The notes beneath the pieces were generated by a model. It did not search any database and was not told the DNA's origin. It worked only from the letters and a program-made list of their open reading frames with translations. DNA of 63,916 nt, filler included, from Craspedostauros australis (lineage: Eukaryota): assembly GCA_030167865.1 (NCBI GenBank). It is 10 parts of 10 records of this genome, joined end to end, with 100 filler letters (N's around TTAATTAATTAA, not from the genome) between each part and the next. Parts side by side here need not be neighbours in the genome. Positions count along the whole stretch, not along the records: positions 1 to 7,535 come from JALAGF010003881.1; positions 7,636 to 21,755 come from JALAGF010003882.1; 8 more parts are not named here. One strand, written 5' to 3'. Positions 1-11,512 of this stretch are shown here, piece by piece. The first letter of the stretch is position 1; the number at the start of each line of letters is the position of its first letter. The translations under genes and the position numbers were made by a program.

Positions 1-1345
1 CGATCCCTTCGGTCTTGCTTCCGTTGTCGCTTGCTGCATCGATGGGCTTCCATTCTGGAAGGATGATGAGGGTGGTGCCGTAGATGTTTGACTTGGGATC
101 TAGAGACGATGTGCTCTTCTCACCGCGTGTCAACGTGACGCGAATGTAGGTGTCATCGCGCATGCAGTTGGCAGCGAGGGTCTTGAAGATGGCTTCCATG
201 ATTTGGTCCTTGGTGTGGACGTTCTCGAAGGCCAACGCCTTGGCGGAACGCAGGAGGCGATCGAGGTGCTCTTCGAACGAGGGGATCTTGCCATCATGCA
301 CGCGCATTCCCTCCCATACGGCGTCGCCGCCTTCGACGGCGGAATCGAATGGGTTGAGGCCGGCCATGAGGCGCGGGGAGATGCGACCGCGGCTGGGTGA
401 TCCGACCCAGACCACGAGGTGCTCGTTTCTTGGGTCCTCGTAGATCTTCTGGCCCGCTGGTGGCCCGCGGTTCTTGTACGACTCGGTGAACTGCTGGAAG
501 AATTCATAAATCGGCACGCAGGCCTTGAGAGCCATGTTGAGTCTGGGATCGAGCATGCGGTACCTCTTGCCGGCGATGCATTCGAGGCCGCTGGACTCCT
601 TGGTCTTGCTTTTTGTCACCCACCCGTCGGTCTTGTGGACGTTGTAGTACCAGTAGCTCGCGAATGGTCCGTCGCACTTGTGCGGACCGGCCTCCCAGGA
701 GAGCATGCTCTCACGGAATGGAATGCCGAGGCTGGCGCAGAGGTGCTCCAATGTGCTCTTAGGGTCGCTGACGAGATCGTCGGAGTCGATGACGATCGGC
801 TTGAACTTGCGATCCGGATCCATGTTGCCCTCGACCTGCGAGAAGGCGGACATGAGATGGGTGTACCCGATCTCCTCGATGCAGAGGTTGTTTCCGTGGA
901 CATCGCTGTCGCACTTCCATGAAGACAGCACGGCGAATGGTTCGCGGATGAGGAAGAAGTGCTTGTGCACGAGGTTGATGGTCTCGTGCTTGACTTCGTC
1001 GTTGAAGTCGTACAGATACGCGTGCTTCACAATCTGCTTGGCGAAGATGACGCCTCCCGTTTCCGGCAACCGCTCCGCAGCCTTGAGGATGCGGTCGTTG
1101 CAGGATGGGAGCACGCTTGCCCAGGCCTCTTCCGTGCCCACCTCACCCTCGGGTGGCATTCCGTTGAGCATGCTCTCGGTGTACGGACGAATCACCCTGT
1201 GTCCCTTGGTGCGGAGGAATTCGCGGCACAAAGGCTCATCAAGCGCAATACAGTCGTCTCCGCGGGCTTCGAAGGTGTAGAGCAGCGCGGTCGAGCGCGA
1301 GCGCGGCGCTGACCAGCAGTGGATCACTGTCACAGTCTTCGTCAT
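1..1345 (-). CDS. Sulfotransferase-like (Sulfotransfer_5-type) N-domain fused to class-IV PLP aminotransferase (BCAT-like protein), copy A, 3'-truncated at window/contig edge
   Basis: Reverse complement of 6191-7535; ATG at 1345 and frame open to position 1. Reads MTKTVTVIHCWSAPRSRSTALLY...DEPLC... and GGDAVWEGMR...HLDRL. Absent from the ORF track because no stop codon lies in the window. Confidence 0.85.
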   Translation of the reverse strand, partial: MTKTVTVIHCWSAPRSRSTALLYTFEARGDDCIALDEPLCREFLRTKGHRVIRPYTESMLNGMPPEGEVGTEEAWASVLPSCNDRILKAAERLPETGGVIFAKQIVKHAYLYDFNDEVKHETINLVHKHFFLIREPFAVLSSWKCDSDVHGNNLCIEEIGYTHLMSAFSQVEGNMDPDRKFKPIVIDSDDLVSDPKSTLEHLCASLGIPFRESMLSWEAGPHKCDGPFASYWYYNVHKTDGWVTKSKTKESSGLECIAGKRYRMLDPRLNMALKACVPIYEFFQQFTESYKNRGPPAGQKIYEDPRNEHLVVWVGSPSRGRISPRLMAGLNPFDSAVEGGDAVWEGMRVHDGKIPSFEEHLDRLLRSAKALAFENVHTKDQIMEAIFKTLAANCMRDDTYIRVTLTRGEKSTSSLDPKSNIYGTTLIILPEWKPIDAASDNGSKTEGI

Positions 1346-1544
1346 GGTATTGATGTTGTTGTCGTTGCTATTGCGGTTGTTGCGATTGCTCCTGTTTGTT
1401 TTTATGATGACATTCGCACCTGCCGCATCTCAGTTGTGGCGAGGAGCGTGGGGATTCATTCCGAATGGTGTGGCGATCGTGGCGATCGTGCGCATGGATC
1501 AACACATGAATCTGGCGTTCTGCCCAGCGAAGGCGCCTGTGATG

Positions 1545-1655
1545 GAGCACACCAAAGCGATAGAGGACACCAGTGTGATAGAGGAAGCTCGTTTGGCGGA
1601 GCACACCAGCGTGATAGAGGAAGCTCGTTGGGCGGAGGACACCACCGTAATGGAG
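1545..1655 (+). repeat. 36-bp tandem repeat (about 2.5 units, CACCAG(T/C)GTGATAGAGGAAGCTCGTT(T/G)GGCGGAG)
   Basis: Units start at 1568, 1604 and 1640; a degenerate unit lies upstream. Confidence 0.85.
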
Positions 1656-2699
1656 TGGCTGATACGTTGTTTGTGCCGAATCACTACATTCTTGTTTTTA
1701 TGAGCAATTCTGGCTGTGTGGTGTTTCGACCTCTCGCGATCTTGTGTTCTTGTTTGGTGGTGGCAGTGCAAGTACGCGGTATGACGACACGTGCCGCATC
1801 TCGGTTGGGTGAGGAGTGGAGATTTGTTCCGAATGACGTGGCAATGATGACTTTCGTCCACACGAATCAACATGACTCTGGGCACGACTAAAACGGACTA
1901 TCGGACTAGCGGACACAACCACCATGTCATGAACGGGCAAAGTTAATCTTGAATGCGAACTATTTAGTCCTGGTTCGAATGTCCTCTCCGACAGTGTCAT
2001 TTTATCAATCTCTGATTGAATTGTGTTTCGGCTGTATTTCAGGGCCCATTCAGTCACAAACCAACGAGTTGCGGGGAGGGGTGCTCTTGGTCAGTTGGTC
2101 CGTCCTTCCGCGGCTCTCACAGTGCGCCGTGTTGTAGAAATGCTCCGTCGGTCCGACTTTTTGACCAGAACTGTCAATCTTCCGTTGCTGAATGCGTGTG
2201 GTTGTGTCGACAGACAGACATATGTCCTGTGCTATTTATTCATGTCCGCGAGAAAGGGACGCTCTGCTTCGGTGTTTTTAGGGGACTCACTCACCAGGTC
2301 GTTTTGGCGTTGCCCAATCACGATGGCCGGCCTTTTGACAGGCGCGTCCTTGCGACAACGGCGAAAATATTATTTTAGACACGAAGCCCACACATCACAT
2401 GTTTCCTTGTAGATAAGAGTAGACGAGATGAGACAAGTTTCTGATGTCGTTGATGAATCCTGTTCTGTGGAATACGAGTAGAGGGTGAAACCAACTATAT
2501 TGCATGCTGACATCGGCCACGAACATTTAACTATCTTGGGGCGATCTAGATCCAACTGCTGGGAGTTTCAGATTGCATGTAGTCAATTCCCACGATACTG
2601 TTTGGTCACTGTGTGTACTGTGTTGGCCATATGTGCATACACAAGGTCAAGCATATTTGATTCCACCAACCGCACCACTCCAAACACGCTCCAAAGAGT

Positions 2700-3520
2700 A
2701 TGGCCAAAGAGTTTGAAGTCTTAGATCCGTCCGGAAGGGATCGAAATGTAAAGATGCTGATGCCACGTGCTACTACGTGGGACAGGACTACGGTGCACAT
2801 CAAGTTGTGCAGAATTCTGCATATCTATGCATCTGGCAGGAAATTTTGAGAGATCTGACCAACTGCATCAATCTAATGACACTCCAAAGAATATGGGCAT
2901 GGAATTTGAAGTGGTAGATCTGTCTGGAAGGGATCCAATTCTCTGGATGCTGATACCACACAGTACTGAATGGCACGCATCGCGCTGTGCAGAGTTCTGA
3001 GCATATGTGCATAAAAATGTCAATCATATCCCAATCCAACACTTCGATGACTCCAAACCTACTGCAAAGGGTACGGACATGGAGGTTGAAGTGGTAGATT
3101 CGTGCCAGGATGTATGTGTATGCGCATTGCTCACCCATTGTTCTCTCACGGCATGCGAGCGAGCGGCTTTGACATTTGCGTCATCGGCCATTGGCGATTG
3201 TGTGAGTCACGACCTAAATTGTGAGAGCTATGTTTTGTCCCCAACGACGGACAGATGTGAGACAAGAAATCTGAGAGAATAGCAAGAGAGCACCTTGCGT
3301 GACAACTCATAGTCGAGTGAGATACCAAGAGTATCGGAGTGACTTCGAGAGCATTGACGAGGACAGCGACGAGAAGCATCGTGCGCCAGCTAGCAGAGTA
3401 ATGAAATAGGAGATTTCAACGTAACACCACCACAAACATCTACAGTCCAGCAATATCCATGTGAGGAACTCGCCAACAGATTCGTTAGGAAGGGATCCAA
3501 TTTGAGAGATCAGGATATCA
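2700..3520 (+). repeat. Degenerate repeated non-coding element (GAAGTGGTAGAT / GGAAGGGATCCAATT motifs), likely TE-derived
   Basis: Related blocks near 2715-2780, 2905-2975, 3085-3145 and 3478-3520. The 3095-3155 block recurs at about 21295-21350. Confidence 0.55.
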
Positions 3521-3525
3521 TGTGA

Positions 3526-3676
3526 TGTTAGAACAAAATCAAAGATGGGTAGGGTACTGCACCGAAAACTCAGAGTGATCAGATTGTTGATGTTGGTGAG
3601 GAGATTGTTTGATTCGTGTGTTATTTGTATGAGTAGTAGTATGCGGGCAAGCTCCAAAGATTGAGATCTTGGAACT
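3526..3676 (-). mobile_element. LTR-like fragment, inverted copy of 4833-4983
   Basis: About 150 bp align in reverse orientation to 4833-4983, with scattered mismatches. Ends at the TGTTAGAA/TTCTAACA terminus. Confidence 0.6.
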
Positions 3677-4489
3677 GTGAGCATGAAGTAGAGCTTGCAG
3701 GTCTCATGCAATTGCAGGTGATATATGACATGGAGACAACACAACAAATGTGTGTGTTGCTGTGTGGGTTCAGATTTGAAAAAGAGTGAATGTTTCGTGC
3801 CTTTCAGGGACACGCTCCCTGAGATGGCCTGTTCTCAACCGGTTTGAAAGACCGCTTGTTGTTGAGAGCCAGGCAGGGCAAAGTGAACTTGATAGATGTG
3901 AACTGTAGGGATAATTGCAAAAGGTTGTAAATAACTATCGAAGTGAATTATGATGAAAGGTTGTCCAACTTGAGGAGTCATAGAAAAGTCAAGCATGCAG
4001 AGCCATGGGATAAGCCGTCCTTTGGTAGAACCAAACAGGACACCACCTACTCCTGTGGAGCAGTTGATGCATATCCTTTCTTTGGGGATCTGACCCGAAT
4101 CTTCCGGTCCAGAGCAAGGAAGAGCCAAATTGATCTTGTTGAGAGCTACAATCTGATTGGTTGCAGCAACAGATGACAGAAGGAAGCAATGCACTTGCAG
4201 ATGGAGTGTTGCTTGCGTCAGAGCAGATAGTGACAAGTGGAATGCAAGATCAGATCGTCATGAGAGCATGGCGAGTGTCTGATTTTGCGCCCCGTCTTGC
4301 TTGGTTATCCACTGTGTCCTTGTTGCGCATTTTGTGCATGTTAGTGGGTCCTGATGTCGAATGAGCGAATTACTTTTGCTCACACAAGGACTCACTTGCT
4401 TGGATTCGCGGCTCTAACGCGGTGGTGGAGCTAGTGTGTCCCAACTAAAAGTCAGAAAAACAAACACTGTGATACGCCATATTATAGAG

Positions 4490-5321
4490 GGCAACTCCTC
4501 ACAATGTTTCTAGTATTGCAATCACACAATTGATTGTACTCACTTGAGAAGGTCAGGATTCGTTCCCCAGTTATCCAACCCAAGACCAGAGTCTGTCCTG
4601 ATTGGATGGGGGTACCTTCTCAGACTTCGGGAAGGACAAGAAATTGATTCCGCAACATCCAAAATCTATGAATGAAGAGAAAATGATTCATGTGACGCGA
4701 AATGTGACACACGAATGACGCCGCGTCATGTCGCACCAAAATCCCTGTTGAAAATGGAGAAACGGAGAAAATAGAATGTTCTGATTGGTCGATGGGTGTC
4801 ACTATTGTTAGAAATATAGCGTTGCGCAAATAAGTTCCAAGATCTCAATCTTTGGAGCTCGCCCGCATACTACTACTCATACGAATAGCACACCAATCAA
4901 ACAATATCCTCACCAACAACAACGATCTGATGACTCTGCGCTTTCGGTGTGGTACCCTACCCATCTTTGAATTCGTTCTAACAGGCACGACCGCAACCAG
5001 GTCAAAGCAGACCAGACGTCTGCGGCAATGATGTCTCTGACGCAGGACCTGTTCGATCAACTAAGGTCCAAACCAATCTCAGACATCCTGAATGCCATAC
5101 GTCCCCTGTGGCAGGTCCCACCCAGCTCCGATCACCCCTCCATGCTCATCCCCTGGATCCAAGCCGTCCATGCTGGGCATGCTGACGCTGCCCCTCCTGT
5201 CTCAAAGGTTCTGCTCAACTGGATGCGGAACTACAGGCACAAGGAGCACACACAGGCTTTATCTACAATGAGCACCCAGCCAACGCAACCAAGCCCCCTC
5301 AATAATCCTGGCTACAACTAA
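4490..5321 (+). mobile_element. Degenerate LTR-retrotransposon-like fragment (putative LTR 4806-4983 bounded by TGTTAGAA...TTCTAACA, followed by short ORF 5028-5321)
   Basis: 8-bp inverted termini of TG...CA type. Parts are repeated at 3526-3676 and 21415-21755. No RT/IN motif is visible. Confidence 0.5.
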
Positions 5322-6122
5322 TCTCAGTGGGATACCCACGCAAATCCGTTTCTGCTGGTTGCGATCAAGCAGAATAAACACGGCGGAATTAAAGCGTCCT
5401 CAGTGCATGGCATAACAGCTAAAATCAATGATATATATATGTGGCAACAAGGTGGTGTCATCGTCATGGGAGGAATCGAGGCGAGTTGCTGTAAAAAGGA
5501 TCTGAGGAGCATAGTTCTCAGAACAACTTGGATCGAGTCAATCCTGGTGTTGAATCATCAATGGTTCATGAATGGAAAGGGGGAGGAAAAGAAGGAGGGT
5601 GTTGTGGTCATTGGAGTCGGTAAGCTGCATGTTAAACGAGAATTTCAGGCATCGGCGTGGGATACCTTGAGCCGCAGATAGTCAGTCTGTCCCTAATTGA
5701 AATTCAACTCTGGTTTGGGAGTTTCCTCAAGAGTTCCACTCGTGGACTTGTTTCGCATCGTCACACTGCACAAGCCTTCTGATTGGCTCTTGGAAAGTGG
5801 GCGAGTATTCAGCATGTTTCGATTTGCTGCCATGTCATTCGACCAAACGGTTCGCCGTATTCTTCATCCACCAATCAGATCGCCCCGTATCATCCATCAT
5901 GGCTCAGCCATTGGAAAAACGGGTTCGCGAATGTGAGAAAGATTCGAAACGGCCTTGTGAGCAAATTGTTGTCGGCATTGGACAGAACGTCAGAGTCATG
6001 TTGATCCAGAGGTACAGACGAACGTCACACTCACCACACCATTCGGAACAACTCCCCACTCCACACCAAAGCTGAGATGCGGCACACGCGAACACCATCA
6101 TAAAAACCAAACAAGAGCAATT

Positions 6123-6190
6123 GCAGCATCAGCAGTAGCCATAGCAACAACAACAGCAACAACAACAACAACAACAACAACAACCACACC
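6123..6190 (+). repeat. (CAG/CAA)n microsatellite immediately 5' of the ATG
   Basis: Run of caa/cag triplets directly visible. A degenerate counterpart sits at about 1350-1390 before copy A. Confidence 0.9.
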
Positions 6191-7535
6191 ATGACAAAGA
6201 CTGTGACAGTGATCCACTGCTGGTCAGCGCCGCGCTCGCGCTCGACCGCGCTGCTCTACACCTTCGAAGCCCGCGGAGATGACTGCGTCGCGCTCGATGA
6301 GCCTTTGTACCGTGAATTCCTCCGCACAAAGGGGGACAGGGTGGTTCGTCCGTACCTTGAGAGCATGCTCACCGGAGTGCCACCCGAGGGTGAGGTGGGC
6401 ACGGAAGAGGCCTGGTCAAGCGTGCTCCCATCCTGCAACGACCGCATCCTCAAGGCCGCGGAGGAGTTGCCGGAAACGGGAGGCGTCGTCTTCGCCAAGC
6501 AGATTGTGAAGTACGCGTATCTGTACGACTTCAACGACCAGGTCAAGCACGAGACCATCAACCTCGTGCACAAGCACTTCTTCCTCATCCGCGAACCATT
6601 CGCCGTGCTGTCTTCATGGAAGTGCGACAGCGATGTCCACGGAAACAACCTCTGCATCGAGGAGATCGGGTACACCCATCTCATGTCCGCCTTCTCGCAG
6701 GTCGAGGGCAACATGGATCCGGATCGCAAGTTCAAGCCGATCGTCATCGACTCCGACGATCTCGTCAGCGACCCTAAGAGCACATTGGAGCACCTCTGCG
6801 CCAGCCTCGGCATTCCATTCCGTGAGAGCATGCTCTCCTGGGAGGCCGGTCCGCACAAGTGCGACGGACCATTCGCGAGCTACTGGTACTACAACGTCCA
6901 CAAGACCGACGGGTGGGTGACAAAAAGCAAGACCAAGGAGTCCAGCGGCCTCGAATGCATCGCCGGCAAGAGGTACCGCATGCTCGATCCCAGACTCAAC
7001 ATGGCTCTCAAGGCCTGCGTGCCGATTTATGAATTCTTCCAGCAGTTCACCGAGTCGTACAAGAACCGCGGGCCACCAGCGGGCCAGAAGATCTACGAGG
7101 ACCCAAGAAACGAGCACCTCGTGGTCTGGGTCGGATCACCCAGCCGCGGTCGCATCTCCCCGCGCCTCATGGCCGGCCTCAACCCATTCGATTCCGCCGT
7201 CGAAGGCGGCGACGCCGTATGGGAGGGAATGCGCGTGCATGATGGCAAGATCCCCTCGTTCGAAGAGCACCTCGATCGCCTCCTGCGTTCCGCCAAGGCG
7301 TTGGCCTTCGAGAACGTCCACACCAAGGACCAAATCATGGAAGCCATCTTCAAGACCCTCGCTGCCAACTGCATGCGCGATGACACCTACATTCGCGTCA
7401 CGTTGACACGCGGTGAGAAGAGCACATCGTCTCTAGATCCCAAGTCAAACATCTACGGCACCACCCTCATCATCCTTCCAGAATGGAAGCCCATCGATGC
7501 AGCAAGCGACAACGGAAGCAAGACCGAAGGGATCG
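6191..7535 (+). CDS. Sulfotransferase-like N-domain fused to class-IV PLP aminotransferase (BCAT-like protein), copy B, 3'-truncated
   Basis: WSAPRSRSTAL loop, DEPLY, FLIREP, DSDDL, MLSWEAGP and WYYNVHKT (sulfotransferase-like domain), then FDSAVEGGDAVWEGMR, HLDRL and RVTLTRG (Aminotran_4 N-part). Same architecture as plant BCAT-like proteins. Runs into the linker. Confidence 0.88.
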
Positions 7536-7635
7536 NNNNNNNNNNNNNNNNNNNNNNNNNNNNNNNNNNNNNNNNNNNNTTAATTAATTAANNNNNNNNN
7601 NNNNNNNNNNNNNNNNNNNNNNNNNNNNNNNNNNN
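7536..7635. other. Artificial contig linker N44-TTAATTAATTAA-N44 (also at 21756-21855, 25313-25412, 31043-31142, 34268-34367, 51068-51167, 57603-57702, 60654-60753, 62579-62678)
   Basis: Nine identical 100-nt spacers built on repeated TAA stops on both strands. ORFs are cut abruptly at them. Confidence 0.98.
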
Positions 7636-10314
7636 CAACCGCGGAAGACGGGTTCGATGCTTTGGCCAGAACAACGAGCACCAGCTCGAACCCGAACTCC
7701 AATGCCAACGCAGGTCCAACTGCGGATGCAGATGGCGCCACCACCGCCACCAGCAGCTTCACAAACCACAACAACAGCAACGTTGCGGGCAGGACGAAGT
7801 CACGGACATCTTCACTCCACGAAGTGTCAGACTTCTCTGATGGATCTGCATCCCCCATATCGATGTCCACACCAACACACACATCGACACATACCAACGC
7901 GAAGAAGACCAAGGCAAACAGTGCAAGCAGAAGCAGAAGCAGAAGCAATAGTCGAAGTAGCCACAGCCAACAGCGCCACGGCCGCCGCAAAGCAGCATCC
8001 CGCGACTCATCCGCTGTTGCGTCTCCTCCTCCTCTTCCTCCTCCTTCCAAAGCAACAAACGATGATACTGATGCAAACGTCAACACAGACGTCGACGACT
8101 GTGGCTTCAAACGAACCAACAGACGAACTGGACCTTACACGCACAAAGGCTTCAAACGACACTACGCAACCCACAACTACCATGACTATTCATACATCAC
8201 GCCGCAGCAAGCCATGGCATCCTTATCTTTGCCCAACTCAAAGACCGCCAATCGCAACAAGGGCGGCAAAGGCAACAACAGCAACAACAGCAGCAGCAAC
8301 ATGTCAGCCAGCACCATCCGCCAGCATCTGCAGCTCCAGCTTCCCACCACCGTCCGCGGCGGTGTCCAAACCCCCTTCCCCTTCATCCTCCACCAGATGC
8401 TCGAGGATGCATCCAAGCGGGGACACGAAGTCATCGTCAGCTGGCAACCGCACGGACGTGCTTTCCTCATCCACAACCCCAAGCAGTTCGCTGTCACGGT
8501 GCTCCCCACCTACTTCAAGCACTCCAAGATGTCCTCCTTCCAGCGTCAGCTCAGCCTGTACGGTTTCACAAGGTTGACGAGCAACACCACACCAGACCGT
8601 GGCGGTTACTACCACGAGCTGTTCCTTCGGGGACGCACCTTCCTATGTGCCTACCTGCAACGCACCCGCATCAAGGGAACGTGGATCAGGAAGTCATCAT
8701 CTCCGCAGTCGGAGCCTGACTTTTACACGATGGAGCCAGTGCCAGATCTTGTGCCGGCTTCTCCCATCGGCGCTGGTGATGTCGACGAAGACATGAACAA
8801 CGACACAGTGAGCGCAAGGATGAGGCACACACGCAGACACAGTGAGAACACTTCAAGCACTACCGATGTCTCTGTCGCTTCTGCTGGCGCTCACATCAGT
8901 CGCCAACACAGGAGGCGATCAACCGGAGTCGTTCCCAACTCGACATCCATGTCCACCATGTCCATGCCGACGCCAAGTCCGTTGCGCATGCCAATGTCGA
9001 TGGCAATGCCCACTTCTACCTTGACCTTCACAGGTGTCTCAGCTGGCGCTGATGCCACCGCTGCGACCACCACCAACGGAAATAGGAAGGACAGCACGGA
9101 AGACACACAGGAGACAAGCCTGGCGGACAGTCTCAAATCCCTCTCCTCCGCGTACATGGCAGAGCTTTCCAAGACAAGATCAGCAGCAATGTCGATGGTG
9201 ACCTCGACATCGGGATCTCGGCCCAGATCGATGTCGGTGCCAACTTCTATGACTGTATCGTCGCCAGCATCCGCATCAGCACCAGCATCGTTGGATACTG
9301 ATCATCACATGTGTGCTGGTGATGCTGTCGGTGTTCATCTCCATCAATCGACAAGAAACAAGAGCGTCAGCAAGATCGGCGAGTATTCCACGACGAAACA
9401 CACGATGCTGCAACCATCAAATCCATACGAGTACCAGTACCAGTACAAAGGTAAGTGAGCACCACCACCACCATTGTGATTATGATTACGACGATGATCA
9501 TCACTATGGTCTGTTTCTACTTCCTTCCGATGAGCAGAATCTGCGAATAACCAGCGCAGAAGAAGACGGGTGTTTCATAGACGAGTATTTCACAGACGAG
9601 TATTGTACAATCGGACGACTGTCTCCATGGAATACCAAACTTATGAATACCAAGGCCATCCACTCACACCCCCTCTCCACAAACCATCCATCTTCATCAT
9701 CCATCTACTAATACTCGCTCTGATTGACGATACCAACAGGCATGCCGCTGCAGATGATGCCGGCGCTGCGTGACCCAACACCACCGCAGACTCTGAGCAA
9801 TGCCAATGTGAAGATGTCCGAATTCAGTATCGACACGGCAACATGCGCTGGAAGCATCGTGATGCACAATCGGAACAAGCACGCCCAACATACATCATCC
9901 CAATACGAGGCGCAGCCGCATGACTCCTCAAACCAGAGCACAGACCACACAGCCAATCATTCCGGTGTGAGGAGCGCTGCTGCAACAGCCAATCACTCAG
10001 ACACGAACGCGAACACCACAACGAACGCAAACAACAGCAGCAGCAACAACAACAACAACGATCAGCTGTGCGATGCCATTGATCATGTGCTGGAGGCCAT
10101 GGAGACGTTGGAAGACATGGGCGATAACGATGGTAACGGCGATCATTCAGGCACGCACATCGACCAGCACGACAGACGCGTGCAGGCAACCGGGGCATCA
10201 ATGGAAGGGGGGATCGTCAAATCAGGATCGTTCATGTCGTATGGGGCTGAATCCGGTCTCGATACCTCCTTCGGCGAGAGTCTCGACTTCGATCCGATCG
10301 TCTTTTCGGTGTGA
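7636..10314 (+). CDS. Heat-shock transcription factor (HSF DNA-binding domain), 5'-truncated; intron 9451-9739
   Basis: GGVQTPFPFILHQML...IVSWQPHGRAF...YFKHSKMSSFQRQLSLYGF...YYHELFLRG. GTAAGT donor at 9451, CTAAT branch near 9708 and CAG acceptor at 9739; splicing joins the 7662 and 9724 ORFs in frame. Confidence 0.93.
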
Positions 10315-11512
10315 TGAATCTATCGGGCAAGGCCTGCCAATTCATCACTCAATGATACACTCCACTCCATACTGTTGTTACATTACACACCCTACTTCAT
10401 TTAGAAATCCACATTTCATTAGCCCCCACCGGTATGTACCACATGTGTTTGAGTTGCGTCTTGTCGCGTCGCTGTGGTGTACCAGGGAGCTGTAGCTGTT
10501 GTCTCGCTCCCAATGTTCTCGCTCTCACGGCTGTGTCGGGCGTTCATCCACCAGCGCTCAACGTGTGGTATCCGACGACACGGTCTCGAGATGGAAGTGT
10601 CATGTGATGGAGATGGACAACGTAGAGCAGAGTGGATTACTCCACTCCAGTGCACTGCATAGTGTCACAGACTGTTGATGGCGTGGCATTGGAGAAAACC
10701 ACGGCGCTGAGGAAGAGATGTCGTGGGGGGATGGGGGGGGGCGCTCAAGTAATGGTTTCATGCCGTTTGTCGTACCCAGGTATGGGTTTGGTGGGTCGGC
10801 GTTGAGACAAAGTGTCTCCAAAATACCAACTCATCATTGCTGATAAAGAACTCAATCCTGCAGACGCCTCGCGGCGCCACAGGATGGAAGGATCTTCATT
10901 ACCTGTGTGATCGTTTAGTGCGGGCGGGTATGTGTGCCGCTGAGAATTCGGGAACTGCTCGTTCGAAATGGATATCGCGAATCTTCAACGTTCTGCGCAA
11001 CGTCCGAAATGGCTCCTCATCAACCGTGAATCAATCATGTTGACAGGATTCAAATTGGTATCTTCTTCTGTTTCTTGTCAAGGATGTCGCCAGCCGGTGA
11101 GGTCAATGTTGATCTCGTGCCTTCCACGCACCTTCGATGATGACGATGTCTCGCTCCAGATGAAGATCTCATGGTTATCTTGCGTGTGTGCGCGTTGCGA
11201 TGTCGAGGTTTCGTTTTTTCATTTGTCCTCTCTTGTGAAATGGGTGTCCGCTCGATCTTCCTTGACTTCGTTGCCGGTGCCACCGGCAATCATGGCGCTA
11301 TGTGCAAGCTGCACACTTTGCTGATATCGATATCAATTGCGATTTCAATACCCACCGATGCGTTTGACTTCATTCCATTCCATACATTTCATCAGAACGT
11401 TTAGCCCACGTTGGTATTGTGAGCACCTCTTCTTTCTCGCCATCTCCACTTTCCTTTCCCTTTCCTTGGACATTACACCGCACCGTACCGTACTGCACCG
11501 TACCGCATCATA

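Noticed and set aside
1955..1995. tRNA suggested by GGTTCGAAT
   Set aside because: No T-stem pairing or cloverleaf.
7580..7591. Recurrent TTAATTAATTAA palindrome as a biological repeat
   Set aside because: Always centred in exactly 88 N; an artificial stop-codon contig linker.
10500..11330. Possible gene or G-quadruplex between HSF and DnaJ
   Set aside because: Only short motif-less ORFs and two G-runs; insufficient support.
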